A program made the translations under genes and the position numbers. A stretch of DNA of 64,000 bases from NCBI GenBank assembly GCA_016188475.1, contig JACPHT010000008.1:150192-214191 (forward strand), in the 5' to 3' direction. Every line of letters begins with the position of its first letter. Positions within the stretch are counted from its first letter, which is position 1. The DNA comes from Candidatus Uhrbacteria bacterium (GTDB lineage Bacteria > Patescibacteriota > Patescibacteriia > UBA9934 > GWF2-40-263). Shown piece after piece: positions 50,779 to 61,322 of the stretch. Under the pieces are notes generated by a model. That model did no database searches. It had not been told where the DNA came from and saw only the letters and a list, made by a program, of their open reading frames with translations.

Positions 50779-53223
50779 ATGCCCTTCGACATCATCGATA
50801 AATTTTCAACCCACCTCAAAAACGTGCTTACTCGCGCGCTTTGTTTTGCTGTTGAAATGAATGAAAAAACAATCGAACCTGAGCATTTGTTTTGGGCGCT
50901 CGGAACTCAAAAAGGAAGTATCGGCGCTGAACTTCTAAAAAAAGCAGGTATTAAACAACAGGAATTGCGTATGCTTGTTGGAGCAACACAACGCACAAAA
51001 ACAAAACCAACACTTATAGGCGATTCAACTCTCAATCTTTCAAGTGACTCAAAACGAATAGTTGAAAAAGCGGTGCTCACTGCGAATATCTACGGGCATA
51101 GATATGTTGGAACAGAACATTTACTTTCAGGAATTATTCAAATCGGATGTCCAGTAATCGATCAATTTTTTCTTTCACAACAAACAGATATTAAATCATT
51201 AAAACAACAACTGTCTGTTGTTTTGAAAAACACTTCAAAATTTCCAGACATCGCAGGTTCGCCAACTACAACAACCGAGGAAGAACTAAATAAAATCCCT
51301 GCTCTTGAATTTTTCGGACGTGAATTAACAAATCCAGAAATTCAAAAAACTATTGATCCTGTAATCGGTCGTGAGCAAGAAATCGAACGGCTCATGCAGA
51401 TTCTATGTCGTCGAACAAAAAACAACCCCCTTCTTCTTGGCGCGCCTGGAGTTGGTAAAACCGCAATCGTTGAAGGACTGGCAAAAAAAATTGTTGAAGG
51501 AAACGCGCCGTCAGAACTTCTTGATCGAAGAATTTTTTGCATTGACATGGCTCTTATGATCGCTGGCACAATGTATCGAGGGGAGTTTGAGGGTCGACTG
51601 CGACAAGTGATTGATGAAGTAAAAAAGAACAGCGACATTATTTTGTTCATTGATGAATTGCACACAATAATCGGAGCAGGAGCCACGTCAGGATCAATGG
51701 ACGCCGCAAATATATTAAAACCGGCACTTGCTCGCGGAGAAATTCGCTGTATTGGCGCGACAACTCAAGATGAATACAAAAAACATCTTGAATCAGACAG
51801 CGCGCTTGAACGCCGCTTCCAAACAATCTTCGTCGAAGAACCATCTATTGATGAAGCGCAAACTATTCTTCAAGGCTTGGCTCCATATTACGAAACGTTT
51901 CACAATGTGCGGATTAGTCCTGACGCGCTCATTCAAGCTGTCAAACTTTCCGCTCGATATCTACAAGATCGCCAGCTTCCAGATAAAGCAATCGATTTGG
52001 TTGATGAAGCCGCATCAGCATCGCGATTAAACAGTATTCCATCTGCTTTGTCGCAAACTCGCCGACGTTTGGAAAAAGAATTGAAAGCTATTCTCGAGAC
52101 AAAACGCCAGGCAGTGGTTGATGAACGATTTTTGGACGCGATCGAACTAAAAGAACGTGAAGACCACATAAAATTTATAATTGAAACAGCGGAAACCGAA
52201 AATAACAATAACCAGATTCCAATTATCACTGGAAAAGATGTAGCAAAAATTATAAGCCGCATGACAGGAATTCCGATTGGAGAATTAACGGATTCGACAT
52301 CGTCAAACGCAAAAGAAATTGAACTTCGACTTTCAGAACGAATACTTGGACAAAATCAGGTGGTTGCTTCCGTGGCTGGGGCTCTGGCTCGCGCCAAAAC
52401 CGGAATTGTGCATCCAAAACGCCCGCTTGGTTCTTTTCTGTTTTTAGGTCCGTCAGGAGTTGGAAAAACAGAACTCGCAAAAGCGATCGCACGTGAATTC
52501 TTTCATGATGAAAAAAATTTCGTGCGACTTGACATGTCGGAATACGCGGAAGGTTTCACAGTATCAAAGCTGATCGGCGCGCCAGCTGGTTATGTTGGAT
52601 ATAAAGACCAAGCCAATCTCACAGATCGTGTAAAACAACGACCGTATTCAGTTGTTCTTTTTGATGAAATGGAAAAAGCGCATCATGATGTTCAAAATTT
52701 GCTTCTCCAAATCCTTGAAGAAGGAGAATTGACTGACGCGACAGGAAGAAAAGTGAATTTCAAAAACACAATTATCGTAATGACATCAAACGTTGGAATG
52801 GAAAAATTTGCTAACGGCTCGATCGGATTTGAAGGATCGGGAGAAAACACAAAAATATCTCTGCACGAAGACATTAGAAAAGAATTGGATGACAGATTCC
52901 GTCCTGAACTTATTAATCGAATAGAAATGCTGTGTATTTTTGATTCACTTTCAAACTCTGTTTTAACACAAATTATTGAAAAGGAATTAAAAGAACTTGT
53001 TGCAAGAGTCAAAGAACAACAAGCGATAAGCCTGTCTTTTAACACAAGACTTGCGGAACATTTATCACAAAATTTGGACGCACGTCTTGGGGCAAGAAGT
53101 GTTCGACAAAAAATCCAAACAGAAGTGGAAACAAAGATAGCTGAACGACTAATCAAAAAAGATCGTCCAGAACGTTTGCACATTGATGTAAAAAATGAGA
53201 AAATTATTGTGAAAAAAGTTTAA
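50779..53223 (+). CDS. clpC: Clp ATPase, ClpC-like (two Clp_N repeats, two AAA+ modules)
   Basis: Walker motifs GAPGVGKTAIV and GPSGVGKTELAK. Confidence 0.85.
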   Translation: MPFDIIDKFSTHLKNVLTRALCFAVEMNEKTIEPEHLFWALGTQKGSIGAELLKKAGIKQQELRMLVGATQRTKTKPTLIGDSTLNLSSDSKRIVEKAVLTANIYGHRYVGTEHLLSGIIQIGCPVIDQFFLSQQTDIKSLKQQLSVVLKNTSKFPDIAGSPTTTTEEELNKIPALEFFGRELTNPEIQKTIDPVIGREQEIERLMQILCRRTKNNPLLLGAPGVGKTAIVEGLAKKIVEGNAPSELLDRRIFCIDMALMIAGTMYRGEFEGRLRQVIDEVKKNSDIILFIDELHTIIGAGATSGSMDAANILKPALARGEIRCIGATTQDEYKKHLESDSALERRFQTIFVEEPSIDEAQTILQGLAPYYETFHNVRISPDALIQAVKLSARYLQDRQLPDKAIDLVDEAASASRLNSIPSALSQTRRRLEKELKAILETKRQAVVDERFLDAIELKEREDHIKFIIETAETENNNNQIPIITGKDVAKIISRMTGIPIGELTDSTSSNAKEIELRLSERILGQNQVVASVAGALARAKTGIVHPKRPLGSFLFLGPSGVGKTELAKAIAREFFHDEKNFVRLDMSEYAEGFTVSKLIGAPAGYVGYKDQANLTDRVKQRPYSVVLFDEMEKAHHDVQNLLLQILEEGELTDATGRKVNFKNTIIVMTSNVGMEKFANGSIGFEGSGENTKISLHEDIRKELDDRFRPELINRIEMLCIFDSLSNSVLTQIIEKELKELVARVKEQQAISLSFNTRLAEHLSQNLDARLGARSVRQKIQTEVETKIAERLIKKDRPERLHIDVKNEKIIVKKV

Positions 53224-53234
53224 TCTCTGTTTAC

Positions 53235-53909
53235 ATGGTTCTACCTGCAATAGCCGCAACTGCCGAACGCTTTGCCGCCGGTGCCGGACGCGCGGTTGCT
53301 TCGGCTTCTTCAAAAGGTGCTAAGATTAGTTCTGTTGCTCAAATGAAAAGTCAATTTCAAAAAAACAAAAAACAACAAGAAAATGGCGAGCAACTAAATT
53401 CAGCACTTGAGCAAACAACAATGGCATCAAGCCCGACACAGCAATTCAAACAAACAATGGCAATGGCTCGAAGATTAAATTCATCAAAGACTGATGCTGA
53501 AGATACAGAACAGGAATCGGATCATGGAGATGAACAAGCGTTAAAACAAGCCGCGATAAAAAAAGTGATACCAAGAGGAGTCGCATTTCTGGCAAATCAA
53601 ATCGCAACGGCGCTTGAACTTAGCACAGCCGGAACTGCGTTTATATTTACTTGGTTTATACGACTGTTCTCACTTGGTTGGCTTAACGTTGAAATGGTTT
53701 ACGGGCGTTGGATCGCAAAAGGAAAAAGCAAAGCGGTCCCCCCGCTTGATTGGGCTCCAATTCCAATGCCGATTGATAAAGACGCAAAAATACTTCAAGC
53801 GATTGTTATTTTGGCGGATGTTTTCTGTATCGTACTTCTTCTTCTGGTATTTGCTTTGCCAATAATTTTATTAACAGCTCTTTTTGGAAGCATCTCATCT
53901 ATACTGTAA
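53235..53909 (+). CDS. hypothetical protein with C-terminal TM helices
   Basis: ORF. Confidence 0.35.
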   Translation: MVLPAIAATAERFAAGAGRAVASASSKGAKISSVAQMKSQFQKNKKQQENGEQLNSALEQTTMASSPTQQFKQTMAMARRLNSSKTDAEDTEQESDHGDEQALKQAAIKKVIPRGVAFLANQIATALELSTAGTAFIFTWFIRLFSLGWLNVEMVYGRWIAKGKSKAVPPLDWAPIPMPIDKDAKILQAIVILADVFCIVLLLLVFALPIILLTALFGSISSIL

Positions 53910-53915
53910 ATTAAT

Positions 53916-55139
53916 ATGTCAGAAAAAATTAAACGCGTTCTTCTAATAGTCGGCTTCGTCGCCTCGACCATAATAATTGTATATGGAATTTATTTTGCAT
54001 TCTTCAAAACAAAACCAATAGTTGAACAAGAAACAAAACCGACAATAACAGAAGAAGTAGGAGCGCTTCCAAGCGCGCAAGAAGGCGCGCCAAGTGTTGT
54101 TGAAGAAGGAGTAGGCGGAACCGAAGGTTTACAAACAGCTGACCAAATCGCGAAAGGCGGTGTAACAGTAGCAACAGAATTAACGCAAGCATCAGTTTTC
54201 AACACAACTATTTCATCAGAAGGCAGTGGAGTAAATTTTTACGATAATTCTGATGGAAAATTTTATAGCATAGACTCAACTGGAAAAGTTGTAGAACTTT
54301 CTGAACAGAAATTTCCATCTGTAAAAAAAGCGACTTGGAACAAAGACTCGAAAAAAGCTGTTTTGGAATTTCCAGATGGATCAAATATCGTTTACGACTT
54401 TGACGCTGAAACTCAAGTAACATTGCCAAAACATTGGGAAGACTTTGATTTCTCTCCGACAACAGATGAACTGGCAGCAAAAAGCCTCGGACTTGACCCA
54501 GATAACAGATGGCTCGTGCTTGCCAATTCGGACGGATCAAACGTGAAAAGCATTCAAGCGCTTGGTGACAACGAAAGCAAAGTTCAAGTGAACTGGTCAC
54601 CAAATGATCAAGTTGTCGCGTTTTCAGATACAGCAGAAGGACAAGGAAGTTTTGATCGAAAACTAATTGTTCCACTTGGAAAAAACCATGAAAATTTCAA
54701 AGGACTTGAAGTTGAAGGTCTTGGTTTTTCTTCAAAATGGTCTCCAAACGGAAAACAACTTCTATATTCAGTTTCAGGATCGTACAGTAATTACCGTCCG
54801 TTGTTATGGATTGTTGACGGAACAAGCGCGAGTATGGGAAAAAATCGCAAGAGCCTTTCTGTAAATACATGGGTGGAAAAATGCACATGGTCTACAACCG
54901 ATTCGATCTATTGCGCAGTACCTCGCGACCTTCCACCAAACGCAGGCTTTCAACCAGCCGCATTTAATGACCTTGCGGATTCACTCTATAAAATCGATCT
55001 CACAACAGGAACTTCATCGTTGATAGCAATTCCGGAAGGAGAAAAAACAATGACAAATTTGGTTGTGACAAGCGATCAGTCACTTCTTTATTACACAAAC
55101 GCGCTTAGTGGCCGTTTGGAATATATTAAATTGAAATAG
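53916..55139 (+). CDS. TM-anchored TolB-like beta-propeller protein
   Basis: PD40-like WSPN repeats (WSPNDQVVAFS, WSPNGKQLLYS). Confidence 0.45.
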   Translation: MSEKIKRVLLIVGFVASTIIIVYGIYFAFFKTKPIVEQETKPTITEEVGALPSAQEGAPSVVEEGVGGTEGLQTADQIAKGGVTVATELTQASVFNTTISSEGSGVNFYDNSDGKFYSIDSTGKVVELSEQKFPSVKKATWNKDSKKAVLEFPDGSNIVYDFDAETQVTLPKHWEDFDFSPTTDELAAKSLGLDPDNRWLVLANSDGSNVKSIQALGDNESKVQVNWSPNDQVVAFSDTAEGQGSFDRKLIVPLGKNHENFKGLEVEGLGFSSKWSPNGKQLLYSVSGSYSNYRPLLWIVDGTSASMGKNRKSLSVNTWVEKCTWSTTDSIYCAVPRDLPPNAGFQPAAFNDLADSLYKIDLTTGTSSLIAIPEGEKTMTNLVVTSDQSLLYYTNALSGRLEYIKLK

Positions 55140-55140
55140 T

Positions 55141-55785
55141 ATGAATCGCTGGCTCCCTTTTATCTTTATTGGTTTTTTTACTATCATAATTTTTCTTTTC
55201 TATTCTGTTTTCCTTAGCCCAGTTGATCTGGAAAGACTTCAAAAAGAACAACAACAAATATCCCTGACAGAACCGACAACAACATTTGTGAATCCTTCAC
55301 GTGGCGCAAACGATGCTAAAATCACAATCATTGAATTTGGCGATTTTGAATGCAGTGCGTGTCGCGATCTGATGCCGGCCTTGGAAACAGTTTTGAAAAC
55401 TTATCCAAACGACGTTCGACTTGTTTGGAAAGATTTACCAAATGATTCGGCTCATAAGCAAGCAATTCCGTCTGCCATTGCCGCGCATTGCGCTGATAGA
55501 CAGGGCGGATTTTGGCAATATCACGATGTGTTGTTCCAACGACAAGGATACCTGTCAGAAGATCAATACACACAAATTGCAAGCGAACTTAAACTCGACA
55601 CTGGACGATTTTCCACATGCATTCAAAATCAAGACACGCTTCCGATCGTACAAAAAGACAAAGAAGAAGGCCTCGCGCTTGGGCTTGTCGCAACTCCAAC
55701 AATTTTTGTGAATAAAGAAAAATTCGTCGGAGCAGTAAGTGTAGACGAATTACTACAAGTGATTCAACAAGAACTTTCAAAATAA
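55141..55785 (+). CDS. DsbA-like thiol:disulfide oxidoreductase
   Basis: CxxC motif (FGDFECSACRD). Confidence 0.65.
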   Translation: MNRWLPFIFIGFFTIIIFLFYSVFLSPVDLERLQKEQQQISLTEPTTTFVNPSRGANDAKITIIEFGDFECSACRDLMPALETVLKTYPNDVRLVWKDLPNDSAHKQAIPSAIAAHCADRQGGFWQYHDVLFQRQGYLSEDQYTQIASELKLDTGRFSTCIQNQDTLPIVQKDKEEGLALGLVATPTIFVNKEKFVGAVSVDELLQVIQQELSK

Positions 55786-55810
55786 TGATTATGAAACAGT
55801 CGCAAAATAT

Positions 55811-55891
55811 GTCATTGCGAGGAGCGAAGCGACGAAGCAATCTATGCGAATTAAGAGATTGCTTCGCTCCCTTTTGGTCGCTCGCAATGAC
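55811..55891. repeat. Nested palindromic element (GTCATTGCGAG family); it overlaps the 5' end of the track ORF for the pilin gene
   Basis: Seen directly. Confidence 0.65.
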
Positions 55892-57410
55892 AAATAGGAT
55901 TATTTTTTTATTTCTTTCTTTGTTCATAATTTTCGCACCGATTAGAACTTTCGCGGCTTCGACTTGCTATTGTTATTTCGGAGAAAAAAATGATTGCGCA
56001 CAAACATCTGTAGATGAAAATGCGATTATTGATGAATGTCAGCTCACATGCGAAACAAAATATCAAGACACTTTCAAAAGTGTAGATTTCACTGACGAAG
56101 CAGGTGGAGCAAACGATGTATTGGCACTAATGGATTGTTCATCAGCTCACGCAGACGCAAATGAAGCAGCAACAAAACCTTTCCAAGGAGGCGTTATTCC
56201 AAAATTGAACGTGGATATTCCAACAGTCACCTTTACTCCAGTTCTTCAAAAAGGCGGAAACTTATCAATCAATTTTTTAGCTGACTACATTCAGGGCGTT
56301 TATATTTATCTTTTATCAATAGCGGCAATCATCGCCGTAGTTTATATGATGATTGGAGGTTTGAGGTGGGTGCTTGCGGCTGGAGGCGCATCAAACATTG
56401 GCGAAGCAAAAACAATGATAAAAAATGCTGTGATCGGACTTGTTTTATTATTAAGCGTTGTTCTTATTTTAGAAACCGTAAACCCGCAACTCGCAACATT
56501 TAACCCATTTACAATTGAACGAATTCAAGAAGTAACAATTGATGAACAACAACATGCGCAAGATGCTGAAGAAGAATCTCAAGAACCTACAACACCTACT
56601 CAAGTACCAGCACCTTCAGGAACAGAAGGAACAAAAGTTTCTCTTGCATATTCAGATGGTGGAAGATTAAAAATGGAATATATCCAATTACCGCTTGATG
56701 CTGGCGATGAATATATCACTCCGCCACGCGTTTGCACTGTTCCTGTCCCTTCTGAACCAGCTTCATTGAGTGGTGTTGAAATAAATACAAAGTTTCTTGG
56801 TAATCTAGATTGTAATATCTCAAAACAAACGAAAAATAAAAAACGACCAGATAGTCAGATCAAGATGGTTATTCTACATCAAGGTTTTAAAAGCGATGGA
56901 GGACAAAATGGAAGTATGTGGTTCCAAAATTATGTTTATGGAACAACTGTGGTGTGCAAAAAAGAAAAATCTGGTGTGTTTAATTACAAAGCCTGCCAAC
57001 GAAACGGACAAAAATTGGTAAAACAGCCGACATTAAACCAAACGCCAATCGGAAGTCATTTTGCTGTAACTTTAGGTGGAACGATCTATCAATTAGCTGA
57101 TGTTGGACATATAATGAACCATTGCTGCGCGGAAAACAAAATTTCGGTTGGAATCGATTTGCAGTACGACATCGAAGGTGGAAAAAATGTATATTCAGAT
57201 TCTCAATATAAAAGTCTAGCAAAACTTATCAAAGGACTTAGTGAAAAATATAAATTTCCAATTGACGACAGCACGATAAAAGGCCATTGCGAACTTGGGA
57301 AGCATTCTGATCCTCCAAATTTCGATCTTAAAAAACTCGGAAACTTAATGGGCGTAACATTGGACCCAGGTCAGCATGGGAATGCAAAATGCAGCTGGGT
57401 CGCCTCATAA
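55887..57410 (+). CDS. TrbC/VirB2-like pilin domain protein fused to a C-terminal N-acetylmuramoyl-L-alanine amidase (amidase_2/PGRP-like) domain
   Basis: Signal peptide MTNRIIFLFLSLFIIFAPIRTFAAS; hydrophobic pilin-like segment (YIYLLSIAAIIAVVYMMIGGLRWVLAAGG); C-terminal ISVGIDLQYD and KGHCELGKHSDPPNFD amidase-like motifs. Confidence 0.55.
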   Translation: MTNRIIFLFLSLFIIFAPIRTFAASTCYCYFGEKNDCAQTSVDENAIIDECQLTCETKYQDTFKSVDFTDEAGGANDVLALMDCSSAHADANEAATKPFQGGVIPKLNVDIPTVTFTPVLQKGGNLSINFLADYIQGVYIYLLSIAAIIAVVYMMIGGLRWVLAAGGASNIGEAKTMIKNAVIGLVLLLSVVLILETVNPQLATFNPFTIERIQEVTIDEQQHAQDAEEESQEPTTPTQVPAPSGTEGTKVSLAYSDGGRLKMEYIQLPLDAGDEYITPPRVCTVPVPSEPASLSGVEINTKFLGNLDCNISKQTKNKKRPDSQIKMVILHQGFKSDGGQNGSMWFQNYVYGTTVVCKKEKSGVFNYKACQRNGQKLVKQPTLNQTPIGSHFAVTLGGTIYQLADVGHIMNHCCAENKISVGIDLQYDIEGGKNVYSDSQYKSLAKLIKGLSEKYKFPIDDSTIKGHCELGKHSDPPNFDLKKLGNLMGVTLDPGQHGNAKCSWVAS

Positions 57411-57413
57411 TCT

Positions 57414-58706
57414 ATGTTCATCTGCACTCACTGCGACGCGCAATCCCAAAAATGGGCCGGACGGTGTTTTGAATGTCAGAAATGGGGAACGCTTGTTGAG
57501 CAAGAAACATCAATTAAAAAAACATCATCAGTTTCAAACGCTCGCGCAAAAGAATCAAAAAAACTTTCGGAACTTTCCGGGCAAAACGAGCACGAACGAA
57601 TTCAAACACTCGAACCTGAAATAGATCGTGTGCTTGGAGGAGGGATTGTAAAAGGATCTCTTGTTCTTTTATCTGGAGAACCCGGAATCGGTAAGTCAAC
57701 GCTTGTGGCTGAAATTGCAAAACGTTTTGTTGAACAAGGAAATCCTGTTTTGTACATCTCTGGAGAAGAGTCAGCGCCACAGCTCAAAACAAGATTTGAT
57801 CGCTTGAACACAAAATTAGATCAACTTTTTTTTCTAGAAGCAGGTTCTGTCGAAGCAATCGTTCAAACTATTGAAAAAGAAAAACCAAAAGTTGTTGTGA
57901 TTGATTCAATTCAAACATTATTTTCAGATGGAATCGACAGCACTGCCGGAAGCCCGACAACAGTTCGCTACGCGACTTCCCTTTTGCTTGAACTTGCAAA
58001 ACGAACTCATGTTTCAATTTTTCTGATCGGCCAAGTTACAAAAGACGGCATGGTCGCAGGCCCAAAAACTCTTGAACATTTGGTTGATGTTGTTTTATCG
58101 CTTGACGGAGATTCATCGCATTCATATCGCTGGCTCTCATGTTCCAAAAATCGTTTTGGAGCAATAGAAGAAGTCGGAGTTTTTGAAATGACATCTCATG
58201 GCCTTGAGCCGGTCACAAATCCATCAGCAAAATTTTTAGAAGAACGAGTTGCGGTGCCTGGTTCTGTAATTGCCGCGACAGTTGAAGGTTCGCGAGTATT
58301 TTTGGTTGAAATTCAAGCGCTTGTTGAAAAAACCGCTTATGGAATTCCGGTTAGGCGCGCGTCTGGATTTGATCAAAACCGTCTGCAAATGTTAATTGCA
58401 ATACTTTCAAAACGAGCAGGGCTCAAACTCGGAGAACAAGATATTTATGTAAACGTGATAGGCGGAATGAAAGTTACAGAACCGGCTGTTGATCTTGCGG
58501 TTTGCGCGGCTATTGTGAGCGCGTCAAAAAATATCGCGTTCGCAGATCCAGTGGTTTTCTTCGGCGAAGTCGGACTCGGTGGAGAAGTTAGACGTGTGAC
58601 AGCATCTGAAAAACGAAATGCTGAATCAAAACGTCTTGGAATCAAAAAAATCTTTGGTCCAGAGATTGAAAATGTAAAGCACATCGTTTCATTGCTGTCA
58701 TCATAA
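57414..58706 (+). CDS. radA: DNA repair protein RadA/Sms
   Basis: Zn finger (CTHCDAQSQKWAGRCFEC), RecA-like GEPGIGKST, and Lon-like C-terminus. Confidence 0.9.
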   Translation: MFICTHCDAQSQKWAGRCFECQKWGTLVEQETSIKKTSSVSNARAKESKKLSELSGQNEHERIQTLEPEIDRVLGGGIVKGSLVLLSGEPGIGKSTLVAEIAKRFVEQGNPVLYISGEESAPQLKTRFDRLNTKLDQLFFLEAGSVEAIVQTIEKEKPKVVVIDSIQTLFSDGIDSTAGSPTTVRYATSLLLELAKRTHVSIFLIGQVTKDGMVAGPKTLEHLVDVVLSLDGDSSHSYRWLSCSKNRFGAIEEVGVFEMTSHGLEPVTNPSAKFLEERVAVPGSVIAATVEGSRVFLVEIQALVEKTAYGIPVRRASGFDQNRLQMLIAILSKRAGLKLGEQDIYVNVIGGMKVTEPAVDLAVCAAIVSASKNIAFADPVVFFGEVGLGGEVRRVTASEKRNAESKRLGIKKIFGPEIENVKHIVSLLSS

Positions 58707-58760
58707 GCCCTTCGACTTCGGTAAAGTTATTGCCTGAGCCTGTCGAAGGCCATAACTTTA
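58707..58760 (+). terminator. Hairpin containing the TTGCCTGAGCCTGTCGAAGGC repeat unit, downstream of radA
   Basis: agcccttcgac ... gtcgaaggcc inverted repeat. Confidence 0.35.
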
Positions 58761-58787
58761 ACTGCGCTCGAGATGACGCGATGTATA

Positions 58788-60839
58788 TCATTCCAAATGT
58801 GCTTCCTCAAAAGTTGCACGGATTTTTTCTAAAATGAGTGGATACTTTTCAAGTTCTGGATCCTCATTGAGCAATTTTGTTGTCCAATCAAAAGTCATTT
58901 TCATAATATCAACATCAGCCGGTGTCGCAAATTGAAAATCTGGAAAACCTGATTGAGCATTTCCAAATATATTCCCTGCTCCGCGAAGTTCCAGATCTTT
59001 TTCTGCGAGTTCGAATCCGTTTTGTGTTTGTTCAAGTGTTCGCAAACGCTCAAGTGCGATCTCGCTTGCATCATCCGACAGTAAATAACAATATGATCTT
59101 AGATCGCTTCTCCCAACACGACCACGAAGTTGATGGAGTTGCGCCAAACCAAATCGTTCTGCCCCAAAAATTACCATAACAGTTGCGTTAGGAACATCAA
59201 CTCCAACTTCCACAACAGTTGTTGAAACAAGAACATTTGTTTTTCCATCTTTGAATTTTTGTATAGCTTCTTGTTTTTCATCAGACTTTAATCTTCCATG
59301 CAAAATACCAATCTTGTAATCTTTAAGAGGACCTTTTTTAAGTTGTTCGCTAACATCGGTAACACTTTTCGCTCCTTGTTTATCAGATGGATCAATAAGC
59401 GGACACACTATATAAACCTGTTGCCCAAGCTTTATTTGACCCTTCACATGTTGCCACATTCCAGTACGGTGATTAGATGAAACAATCGCAGTTCCGATTG
59501 GTTTTCTGCCTTTTGGAAGCTGTGAGATAGCTGAAATATCTAAATCTCCATAAACAGTAAGGGCAAGCGAACGCGGAATTGGAGTGGCTGTCATTGATAG
59601 AAGATGTGCTGAAATTTGTCTCCCCTTCTCTAAGAGAGCATGACGTTGAGCCACACCAAAACGGTGTTGTTCGTCCACAATTACAAATGCAAGATTTGGA
59701 ATCTCGACCATCTCATCAAGCAAAGCGTGCGTGCCGACAACACAACGAACGTCACCGTTTTTTAATTTTTGCAAAAGTTCATCTTTTTTAACATCTTCAT
59801 CTCCAATCCGTTTTTGTGAACGAGTAAAAAGCGCTACTTTATACAATGGTAAAAATTTAGAAAAAACCGCTTGTTGTTGCGCCGCAAGAATTTCAGTTGG
59901 CGCAAGATATACAACCGCAAGATTATTTGAAAGAACGCTGTTTGCCGCGATTGCCGCAACAACAGTTTTTCCAGAGCCAACGTCCCCATGAAGCAAACGA
60001 TTCATAGGATTAGGTTTTGCAAGATCCTGAACAATCTCCCATGCGGCTTTTCGTTGGGCTGATGTAAGTTCAAACGGCAGTTGAGCAACAAATGTCTTCA
60101 AGACTTGTTCATTGATAGGAATTGTATGCGACTTACGTTTTTTGCGATCTTGTCTTGAACGCGCAAACATAAGTTGATGTAAAAATAATTCATCAAACTT
60201 TAAACGCTCGATCGCTTGGGTTAAATCTTTTTGATTTTCAGGAAAATGCACACTTTGGATTGCTTGCGACAAATCTGTATAAGCCGCTCTTTCTCTAATT
60301 GATTCTGGAATCCAATCAACTAGCTCATTTGAAGCTGAAAGAGCCGCGTTGATTGCTGTACGCAAGCGCTTCATTGTAAGCGAACCGGATAAACCATAAA
60401 CAGGAACGATCCTGCCTGTATGAACCCGCTTTCCCTCCGCCTCAAACACAGGATTTACGAGTGCTTTTCCAAAACGAAAATCTACTCGTCCAGAAAACGA
60501 AAGTCGTATGCCAGGACGTATGGTTTCGGTTAGATATTTTTGATTGAACCAAATGATCGGCAGTGTCCCGGTTTCATCTTCGATCACCGCGTCAACAATA
60601 GTCATTCTGCGACTTTTTGCTGGTCGTGAGTTAATAGAAACTATTACCCCACTCACTGTTACTGTTTCACCAGCTTTTACTTTTACGATTGGTTTGATAT
60701 TTGAAAAATCGTCATAGCGAAACGGAACATAAAACAAAAGATCATAAACAGAAAGAACCCCCATGTTTTTGAGGTCTTTAACTGCTTTTCCTCCAATTCC
60801 TGGGAGTTCAGAAACAGATGAGGATAAATGAAGCGCCAT
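58788..60839 (-). CDS. recG: ATP-dependent DNA helicase RecG
   Basis: Wedge domain plus helicase motifs (GDVGSGKTVVA). Confidence 0.9.
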   Translation of the reverse strand: MALHLSSSVSELPGIGGKAVKDLKNMGVLSVYDLLFYVPFRYDDFSNIKPIVKVKAGETVTVSGVIVSINSRPAKSRRMTIVDAVIEDETGTLPIIWFNQKYLTETIRPGIRLSFSGRVDFRFGKALVNPVFEAEGKRVHTGRIVPVYGLSGSLTMKRLRTAINAALSASNELVDWIPESIRERAAYTDLSQAIQSVHFPENQKDLTQAIERLKFDELFLHQLMFARSRQDRKKRKSHTIPINEQVLKTFVAQLPFELTSAQRKAAWEIVQDLAKPNPMNRLLHGDVGSGKTVVAAIAANSVLSNNLAVVYLAPTEILAAQQQAVFSKFLPLYKVALFTRSQKRIGDEDVKKDELLQKLKNGDVRCVVGTHALLDEMVEIPNLAFVIVDEQHRFGVAQRHALLEKGRQISAHLLSMTATPIPRSLALTVYGDLDISAISQLPKGRKPIGTAIVSSNHRTGMWQHVKGQIKLGQQVYIVCPLIDPSDKQGAKSVTDVSEQLKKGPLKDYKIGILHGRLKSDEKQEAIQKFKDGKTNVLVSTTVVEVGVDVPNATVMVIFGAERFGLAQLHQLRGRVGRSDLRSYCYLLSDDASEIALERLRTLEQTQNGFELAEKDLELRGAGNIFGNAQSGFPDFQFATPADVDIMKMTFDWTTKLLNEDPELEKYPLILEKIRATFEEAHLE

Positions 60840-60967
60840 AATTTTAATTATGGTAGTCGTTTGTTTCAGTCAATGCAAGGTTCATCAATCAAAAATTTTT
60901 AACTTTTTCCGTATTTGAATGAGTAGAATTATACTAAACAAAATAAGAATCCTTAAAAAAGTTCAAA

Positions 60968-61000
60968 CACTTAACTCCCGATCGGGAGTTAAGTGTGATT
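60968..61000. repeat. Palindromic element, copy C (CACTTAACTCCCGATCGGGAGTTAAGTGTGATT), upstream of recG and downstream of the tRNA cluster
   Basis: Seen directly. Confidence 0.7.
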
Positions 61001-61183
61001 TAATAATTTCAATTTTTAATGTGTTAAATTTTAAATTAGCTAATAAATTTTTCACGGATTTCGTCTACTAAGTTATCAGTTCAATTATTGTTAAATTTTA
61101 ACTGGGGTGAATAAATGTCAACAAACTCTCACATTATTCCATGCACAAAAAACAGCTCTCGCTGTTTTTCCTGTAATCAAATT

Positions 61184-61260
61184 CTGGTGCGCCCGACAGG
61201 GTTCGAACCTGTGGCCTACAGCTCCGCAAGCTGTCGCTCTATCCAGCTGAGCTACGGGCG
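61184..61260 (-). tRNA. tRNA-Arg, anticodon read as GCG
   Basis: Cloverleaf GCGCCCG-TAGCTCAGCTGGATAGAGC-ACAGC/TTGCGGA/GCTGT-AGGCC-ACAGGTTCGAACCCTGT-CGGGCGC-ACCA, with an encoded CCA end. Confidence 0.75.
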
Positions 61261-61322
61261 CAGATATTAGCCAAAGAATGGACATTTTATTTCCGAGCGA
61301 GGCGACGTGATTTGATTCCATC

